From assembly GCA_903870365.1 (NCBI GenBank), contig CAIQCQ010000027.1, positions 1 through 59,471 on the forward strand: 59,471 nt of DNA, read 5' to 3'. The DNA comes from an uncultured bacterium (GTDB lineage: Bacteria > Patescibacteriota > Minisyncoccia > Phycocordibacterales > DATDWN01). Below are positions 54,801 to 59,471 of the stretch, piece by piece; the first letter of the stretch is position 1; every line of letters begins with the position of its first letter. Both the position numbers and the translations under genes were made by a program. A model generated the notes under the pieces. The model ran no database searches, was not told the DNA's origin, and saw only the letters and a list, made by a program, of their open reading frames with translations.

Positions 54801-56918
54801 AGTTCTAGTACGAATATTACAGTAGGTGATACGACAAACTTGCGAGCAGGCATGATTCCTGTAGTGACTGCTGGTATTGGAGCATTTGCCGCAGGTACGG
54901 TCATCACAAGTATTACAAATACCACTGTTTTTGTAGTCAACAATGCACCGTCCGTGACACTTTCTGGTGGAGCATCTGTGGTGACGGTGACTCCTTCATT
55001 TGCGTGGTCAGCTGGTGTTGTGGCGGGTAACATGACCACTCTTGGTGTAGCACAAAAAGTCCCACAAGCTATTTTATCTGGAGGAAGAACATCTTCTACA
55101 ACTGCTATTGTATTGACTGCAGTCGCCAATCCAACAATATTTCCTGTAGGTTCATGGATCGCTGTATCTGGTTGTACACCTGCAACATATGATGGAGTGT
55201 TTCAAGTGACTGCGTCAAACACTTCTGGTTCATTTTCTTATACCACATCTGTCAGTGCCACCGATACCATCACGGTCGTTGGTACTGTTGGTTTGGCCAC
55301 AACAAAACAGTTGGTCACCACAGTAGCAAACCACAATTTTCAAACAGGGGAGACAATAAAGATTGGTGGTGATCAAGGATTTAGTGCAACAACAAACAAT
55401 GCTTCAGGTGCTATTTCTGTTGTTGCTCCATCAGTAATTGGTAACCCTACAAACCAGTTTGTGTGGACGGCTGCATCCGCGACCGGTCCTATGGTTGTAT
55501 ATCCACAAGCAACGACACAGCTTCAGGACGGTTCCAAAAACTGGGTTCCAAACCAGTGGGCAGGTTGTATTGTGACCTATAACTATTCTCAGTTTACGTC
55601 AGCCAACGTGCAACCAAACATTTCTTATGCATATATCTTATCAAATACCTCAACAACCCTTATTTTTGCGGCTGCTCTAACAAACCCACCGATACAAGGA
55701 GTTTCTCGATATGTTATTACCACACCTGCGACATATAGTATAGACAATATGTTAGGGGCTCAGGATTCTGGTTTGGCACAAGGTGCCGCAGCTGGACAGA
55801 CCACGTCGGTACTTACTGATGTGACAAAAAGTTGGGTGACTCCAGCTCCAATTACCACCTATACAGGATCGGCTATTTCAAACGGTGGTTCTACCGCAAC
55901 GGTATCTTCTATTGTTGGTCTATATCCTGGAATGGTTGTCGCTGTCACTTTAGGAAACACATCAGTAGCATCTGGAACAACCATCACATCTATCAACCCA
56001 GCAACACCTGCAATAACAATATCCAGTACATTTGTGGGTGCGGGTACTACATGTACATTTACTTTCGCTGCCGTATGTCAGAGCTCTGGAAATACAGTCA
56101 CTGTCAATGGTTTTCCACTGACCAACTTGGCTGTGGGAATGTATGTCGGTGTTACTTCAACAACAAACATTTCAGCTGCTGTGCCGACTGTGGGTGCATT
56201 TGTGGTTAACGGAGGTGTGAACCTGACTCCGGTTAAGGTAACAGGAATTACGGGTGTTAACACCTTTACTGTGTCGGCCACCCCACCAGTTCCCCTTGTC
56301 AATGCAACAGTACAGGCATCATTTTGGTTTCCTAACCAATGGGTGAACAGAAGACTGCGACAAGTTTCTGGAAACGTGACGTATGCTTCTTCGGAACAGA
56401 TCATTACGTCTAATACATATAACACTCTTACTGTGACGACAGTTTTTGGTACTACACATACACATGGTGTGACGGGGTATGCGATTCTCCAACAACCACT
56501 TCGTGGTGCTGGCACAGCTCTCTTTTGGAATTTTGGATCAAGTGATACAACACGAATTGGAAAATATCTGTATCAGGCCAGAGGCGGAAACCTTTCTGGT
56601 TGGGACAGATTGAATTTGACCACCGATACGTGGGAGTTTATGACTCCGACGCCAAACTTTGAAACCATTAACACTGGAGCGATGTTTGCATACGATGGAG
56701 GAGATAGAATATATTTTACCGTCCAGGTGACTCAGCGTGTCTATTATATCGATATTGATACCATGCAGATTCATCCAGCTGGTATGTATCCGTATACTGC
56801 GGGAGCAGCGATTATAGGTAATCGTATGGAAATCTTTGAAACAGTGGATGGATTGAAATATTTGTGGCTCAACAGACATTCAAACTTGGAGTGTTTCAGG
56901 CAGCTTTTGTGGTACTAA
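51843..56918 (+). CDS. 1691-aa Thr/Ser/Gly/Val-rich mosaic repeat protein (fibre/adhesin-like), no signal peptide
   Basis: Single uninterrupted ORF with at least three internal repeat families (see findings). The N- and C-terminal ~100-aa regions are aromatic-rich. Confidence 0.8.
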   Translation: MSLTNNLKKQIDTPVWEWTRLAPAVSSAVSSTCTADNSTYHVTFGRYVYYMQAAATLATTTALTGFFRYDTISDSYQLLSQPPGALLTFSGMQFAGGQGYNGMVLASTSNTITTAALTGQTLKGFDIRIIGGTGIGQQRIITGISDLVIADNGTLSAVPVSPQNFVTDINKNWTINQWVGYQVRFVSAAGQSQIRKIMYNTSNTLYFADVSKFAEDQQPWCPITTIAGSAQVIVAIGSLYQIESSSITVDSNWSVQPDATSRFVVRSGAIWLLTSGVNYVLQYYDIAADTWYIRNGGSASSPVLGLGTDATIVNTGENATVWDRGIALGASNDTTHLQDTTKSWTVNQYAGYYVRIFSGTGENQLKQIISNTSNTLAWTGAATAPDTTSRYFIEAFDAGTLTSVGAVTQTGASTGTINGNVFTAGSTTGAYYPGQILTGTGVQASQTLLSPSLACYTTGNSTTVNFATGNPSTMGITAGMVVTVFAVGGGGVITVGTTVSSVTSSTVVLSATTTTALNGSTLQFSSVAILAACTTNTFLSVYVTCTSTTGLYTGAYLTILSGSGTLASNSYVASVVDSTHFTLSAPPTVALSAAVLQAQPYQTVITGQLSGILGGAGTYTVWPSQLVASTTITGTGIGTVTDSSKSWLPDRWNNSVVHIRSGTGVGQVRQITRTVPGAVVYTSASGATSSGKVVTVTSTTSLTVGMALNITAGTGAFTPNSYVVAVNSSTTFTVSDFPSVALSGGSTVVTGAPYNTLCVTPAWTTQPSTDSIYGIHGDTDKNYFSLATNNAATYIHNIDSDSVTTGRMLDWGAARGISAQYSDYLPVAVSSSVPVLPITSAIGFIIGTGVATTATSNTSNIATITYTTAASASIFPIGSWITVAGVTPTAYNGTWQVSANGVGTVSFYSTTATGAQTIAGTIAQSNSVTLGGTLANGAFSSLGAGTTVTISGAVPVAYNGTVTVSCGALGTTGQSYGGYQSAAGATSSSTNITVGDTTNLRAGMIPVVTAGIGAFAAGTVITSITNTTVFVVNNAPSVTLSGGASVVTVTPSFAWSAGVVAGNMTTLGVAQKVPQAILSGGRTSSTTAIVLTAVANPTIFPVGSWIAVSGCTPATYDGVFQVTASNTSGSFSYTTSVSATDTITVVGTVGLATTKQLVTTVANHNFQTGETIKIGGDQGFSATTNNASGAISVVAPSVIGNPTNQFVWTAASATGPMVVYPQATTQLQDGSKNWVPNQWAGCIVTYNYSQFTSANVQPNISYAYILSNTSTTLIFAAALTNPPIQGVSRYVITTPATYSIDNMLGAQDSGLAQGAAAGQTTSVLTDVTKSWVTPAPITTYTGSAISNGGSTATVSSIVGLYPGMVVAVTLGNTSVASGTTITSINPATPAITISSTFVGAGTTCTFTFAAVCQSSGNTVTVNGFPLTNLAVGMYVGVTSTTNISAAVPTVGAFVVNGGVNLTPVKVTGITGVNTFTVSATPPVPLVNATVQASFWFPNQWVNRRLRQVSGNVTYASSEQIITSNTYNTLTVTTVFGTTHTHGVTGYAILQQPLRGAGTALFWNFGSSDTTRIGKYLYQARGGNLSGWDRLNLTTDTWEFMTPTPNFETINTGAMFAYDGGDRIYFTVQVTQRVYYIDIDTMQIHPAGMYPYTAGAAIIGNRMEIFETVDGLKYLWLNRHSNLECFRQLLWY

Positions 56919-56930
56919 ACATACAAATTT

Positions 56931-58004
56931 ATGGATATTAATTATTTAATTCAAATATTACAAAATAAGATTACCATTTTAACTACTGCCAAAGGTCAAT
57001 CTTTTGCATCGGGTAATATCGATCAAATGAATTTGATTGAAAAAGATATTCTTGACACTCAAAACACATTCAATCAGTTGACCATGCTTGTGGATATGGC
57101 ACAGGCAGCGAAAGCTGCTAATTCTACGGCAGCGGAGGTAGTAGCGAGTGGGCTAGACGCAGTTCAAAATGTTGTACCAGATATACAAGGTCCTTCGGCA
57201 AGTGCGGTGATAAATGGGTATGATATTTCAGCGTATGCTACAGATCCACTGTATGAAGATAAGATTCGAACGATCCTTAGTAGGATGCCAACTTTTTCTG
57301 TTGTGAGTGATATAGATATGTATATACAAAGTGTGGCGCAAGGAAGTTTTGTGACTGGTGATGTCGTGTACAAAGCAGCCCAGCAATATGGTGTTGATTT
57401 GCAATTAATGATGGCTATTATGCAAAATGATTCTCAGTTTGGAACTGATGGAGTGGGAGCGAGAACAAATAATCCAGGAAATGTAGGTAATACTGGCACT
57501 TCAACTCAAACATTTCCGTCATGGAGTGAGGGAATATCTGCTGTTGCTGATTGGCTCAATCGCCATCGTGTGGTGGTGCCGACAACAGACAATCAACCTA
57601 TCCCGGTGGTTACAATTGTAAGTACAACTACCTCCTCAATATCACCAGTGAATGATCCTGTTGCTTCTGTAGATGTAAATCCTTCATCTCCATCTATAGT
57701 GTATGTGCCAGAAATTGTACCCACGACCCCAGTAGTAGCAACAACAACAAATGCTACGTTTCTTATTCCTACAGCAAATGCAACAACCACCCCTGTTGTT
57801 GATGTATTAGTTCCAGTTATTGATCAGTCCACAACGACACCAGATGTTGTCGTGCCGGATACTGTGAATACTGATGCAACCACGACTTCAAGTAATATTT
57901 TGGATTTGAATAGTGGAAATGTAAATGCTACATCAACACCAAGTATGACTGCTTCAAGTACTCAGGCAGTGATTGTAGTAAAAAAGAAAAGGAAATTAGT
58001 GTAA
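56931..58004 (+). CDS. coiled-coil plus putative cell-wall-hydrolase-like domain plus Thr/Pro/Val-rich tail; no signal peptide
   Basis: GVDLQLMMAIMQNDSQFGT...ARTNNPGNVGN...FPSWSEGISAVADWL resembles the NNPGN-motif domains I recall from phage-associated wall-active proteins. This rests on memory only. Confidence 0.4.
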   Translation: MDINYLIQILQNKITILTTAKGQSFASGNIDQMNLIEKDILDTQNTFNQLTMLVDMAQAAKAANSTAAEVVASGLDAVQNVVPDIQGPSASAVINGYDISAYATDPLYEDKIRTILSRMPTFSVVSDIDMYIQSVAQGSFVTGDVVYKAAQQYGVDLQLMMAIMQNDSQFGTDGVGARTNNPGNVGNTGTSTQTFPSWSEGISAVADWLNRHRVVVPTTDNQPIPVVTIVSTTTSSISPVNDPVASVDVNPSSPSIVYVPEIVPTTPVVATTTNATFLIPTANATTTPVVDVLVPVIDQSTTTPDVVVPDTVNTDATTTSSNILDLNSGNVNATSTPSMTASSTQAVIVVKKKRKLV

Positions 58005-58026
58005 GTGATTTGCCACAAGAAATGTT

Positions 58027-58803
58027 ATGGAAAATTTATCCCAAAAATTCTCGGATTATTTTGAATATTTTGAAAGTCTTAGAAGAAAACTCTATAGTCT
58101 GGCTATTGCTTTCTTTGTTTTCTTTTTTTTTGGCTTCTTTGAAGCAGGAAATATATTGAGGGTTATTATACATATATTTGATCTACATGATGCTTCTATT
58201 GTTACTACGTCACCATTTCAGTTTTTGAGCTTGGCTACGACAATTGGTATGTATGTAGGAATTATTTTTTGTTTGCCATTGTTTTTGTATCATCTCTATG
58301 ATTTTTTAAAAGATGGCTTAACTGTACGTGAGAAAAAATTATTTTTTATTTTGTTGCCAATAGGTTTTTTGCTTTTTTTGGTAGGTTTTGCATATTGTTT
58401 TGCAATATTGTATTTCTATTTAAAATCAGTCTCAATTATAAATGTGTCTTTTGGTTTACAAAATGTTTGGGATATTAGTAGTTTTTTGTCGCAGGTTATT
58501 GTGGCTTCAACGTGTCTCGGGTTAGTTTTTCAGTTTCCAATCATTTTAACTTTTCTTATACGAGTGGGACTTGTTAACATAGAGTATTTACGTGAAAAGC
58601 GTTTGTATGCTAATTGCGCGATATTTATTTTTGTTGGTCTTTTACCACCACCTGACATTTTCTCAACATTTCTTGAAGCTATTCCTTTGGTGTTGTTGTA
58701 TCAAGCCACATTGTGGGTTAATTCAATATTTTTTTCCGAGCAAATACATAGATCAGGGGTTCATCATGGCGAAAAAATAAATATACTTGAATTTGAAACA
58801 TGA
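58027..58803 (+). CDS. tatC: Sec-independent translocase subunit TatC
   Basis: Six TM helices with SPFQFL, LPLFLYHLYDFL..GLTVREKK, FQFPIIL and LPPPDIFS..L.AIPLVLLYQ signature stretches. Confidence 0.85.
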   Translation: MENLSQKFSDYFEYFESLRRKLYSLAIAFFVFFFFGFFEAGNILRVIIHIFDLHDASIVTTSPFQFLSLATTIGMYVGIIFCLPLFLYHLYDFLKDGLTVREKKLFFILLPIGFLLFLVGFAYCFAILYFYLKSVSIINVSFGLQNVWDISSFLSQVIVASTCLGLVFQFPIILTFLIRVGLVNIEYLREKRLYANCAIFIFVGLLPPPDIFSTFLEAIPLVLLYQATLWVNSIFFSEQIHRSGVHHGEKINILEFET

Positions 58804-59471
58804 AAAAAAATTCATATTTTACAATACAAAAAAGATTTTTTTTTGGACTAACTATTGTGTTGGTTAGTTTTCTTTGTGCACATTCAGTCAAAGCAGCTGT
58901 AGATAAATATGCTCCATATGACACTATAATAGTTGGTGAATTTGTGTACGATGATGATATGGTGGCAACAACAACACCATGTACGATTACTGTGTATAAT
59001 CCTGCAGGTAGTACCATTGCTTCCAGTATTGCAATGGTATCTTTGAGTAATGGATGGCACTATTATAGTACGTCAACATTGAGTAATGAAGGATTGTATC
59101 CAACAACAATGACGTGTGGGTCTACTCTTACAGGGGATTTAGCTAATCTTGATAAAACATTTATTGTTTCTGCTGCTACTTCATCAACAGTTTCTGCAAT
59201 TAATACTCATATTGATAGTGTAATTACGGCAGCATCTACTTCTATTGTGTCATTGATTGATAGTCATATTGATTCTCAGCTTACCTCAACAGTCTCTACT
59301 ATTAATTCTCATGTGGACGCAACAGTCTTGACCGCTTCCTCATCCCTTGCTGCTACCATACCAACAGCTGTCTGGGCGAATTCAACCAGAACACTTTCAA
59401 GCTTCGGTACCCTTGCAGCTGATGTCTGGAATGTTGCCACATCAACCCTTACCACAGCTGGTACCACAGGA
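58800..59471 (+). CDS. secreted surface protein (partial, runs off window), translationally coupled to tatC
   Basis: Hand translation: the ATG at 58800 overlaps the tatC TGA (ATGA). The product starts MKKNSYFTIQKRFFFGLTIVLVSFLCAHSVKA and later contains INTHIDS/IDSHIDS/INSHVDA and VW..(S/T)TRTL-type repeats. No stop codon occurs before 59471. Confidence 0.65.
   Translation, partial: MKKNSYFTIQKRFFFGLTIVLVSFLCAHSVKAAVDKYAPYDTIIVGEFVYDDDMVATTTPCTITVYNPAGSTIASSIAMVSLSNGWHYYSTSTLSNEGLYPTTMTCGSTLTGDLANLDKTFIVSAATSSTVSAINTHIDSVITAASTSIVSLIDSHIDSQLTSTVSTINSHVDATVLTASSSLAATIPTAVWANSTRTLSSFGTLAADVWNVATSTLTTAGTTG

Noticed and set aside
51989-56879. Numerous 60-145-aa ORFs on both strands inside the 1691-aa gene.
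   Set aside because: They are shadow frames within a single long uninterrupted ORF of biased composition.

Overview
This 59.5-kb window looks like a chromosomal segment of an AT-rich, small-gene bacterium. I infer a Patescibacteria/CPR-like origin from four observations:
- Housekeeping enzymes carry N-terminal membrane anchors.
- There are GH130 genes and an RRM RNA-binding protein.
- GTCATTCC-type palindromic repeats are present.
- Most native genes lack a Shine-Dalgarno motif.

I support about 62 CDS, one tRNA-Ser(GGA), no rRNA and no CRISPR array.

Recognisable content:
- Two DedA proteins, a VIT1-family transporter, a DEAD-box helicase, PepF and RNase J.
- A mannoside-salvage cluster: HAD/PMM-like protein, a tandem GH130, a second GH130 and a PMI-type cupin.
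- An envelope cluster: MliC-like protein, DedA, two GT2 glycosyltransferases and a PAP2_C-like protein.
- SecG, an orphan family-5 substrate-binding protein, GroES/GroEL, LemA plus a TPM protein, and two NUDIX hydrolases.
- GH18, a short G6PD, cyclophilin and an RRM protein.
- An ECF sigma/anti-sigma pair next to a flavinylation module: FMN-binding protein with an SGAT site, ApbE, and a membrane FNR-like reductase.

Most notable observations:
1. tatA (49332) and tatC (58027) are separated by 8.5 kb. The intervening genes are two paralogous NPATE-repeat proteins (one with a KR-type Tat signal, one with no signal), an ArsR regulator, a 1691-aa signal-less mosaic repeat protein and a wall-hydrolase-like protein. 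A further signal-bearing surface protein is coupled to tatC.
2. A 102-103-nt inverted-repeat element carries a plausible promoter. Its conserved 3' arm abuts the ATG of three envelope or redox genes, and a solo arm sits at a fourth.
3. A family of palindromic elements starts at or just after stop codons and brackets the RRM gene.
4. The arginine/serine-rich N-terminal tails of the helicase and RNase J share a TGAPSRPS motif.
5. Several small GC-rich islands carry Shine-Dalgarno-bearing secreted-protein genes.
6. Fragments of the tRNA-Ser 3' end lie just downstream of the tRNA.

Everything here rests on reading the sequence by eye. No database or folding computation was run.
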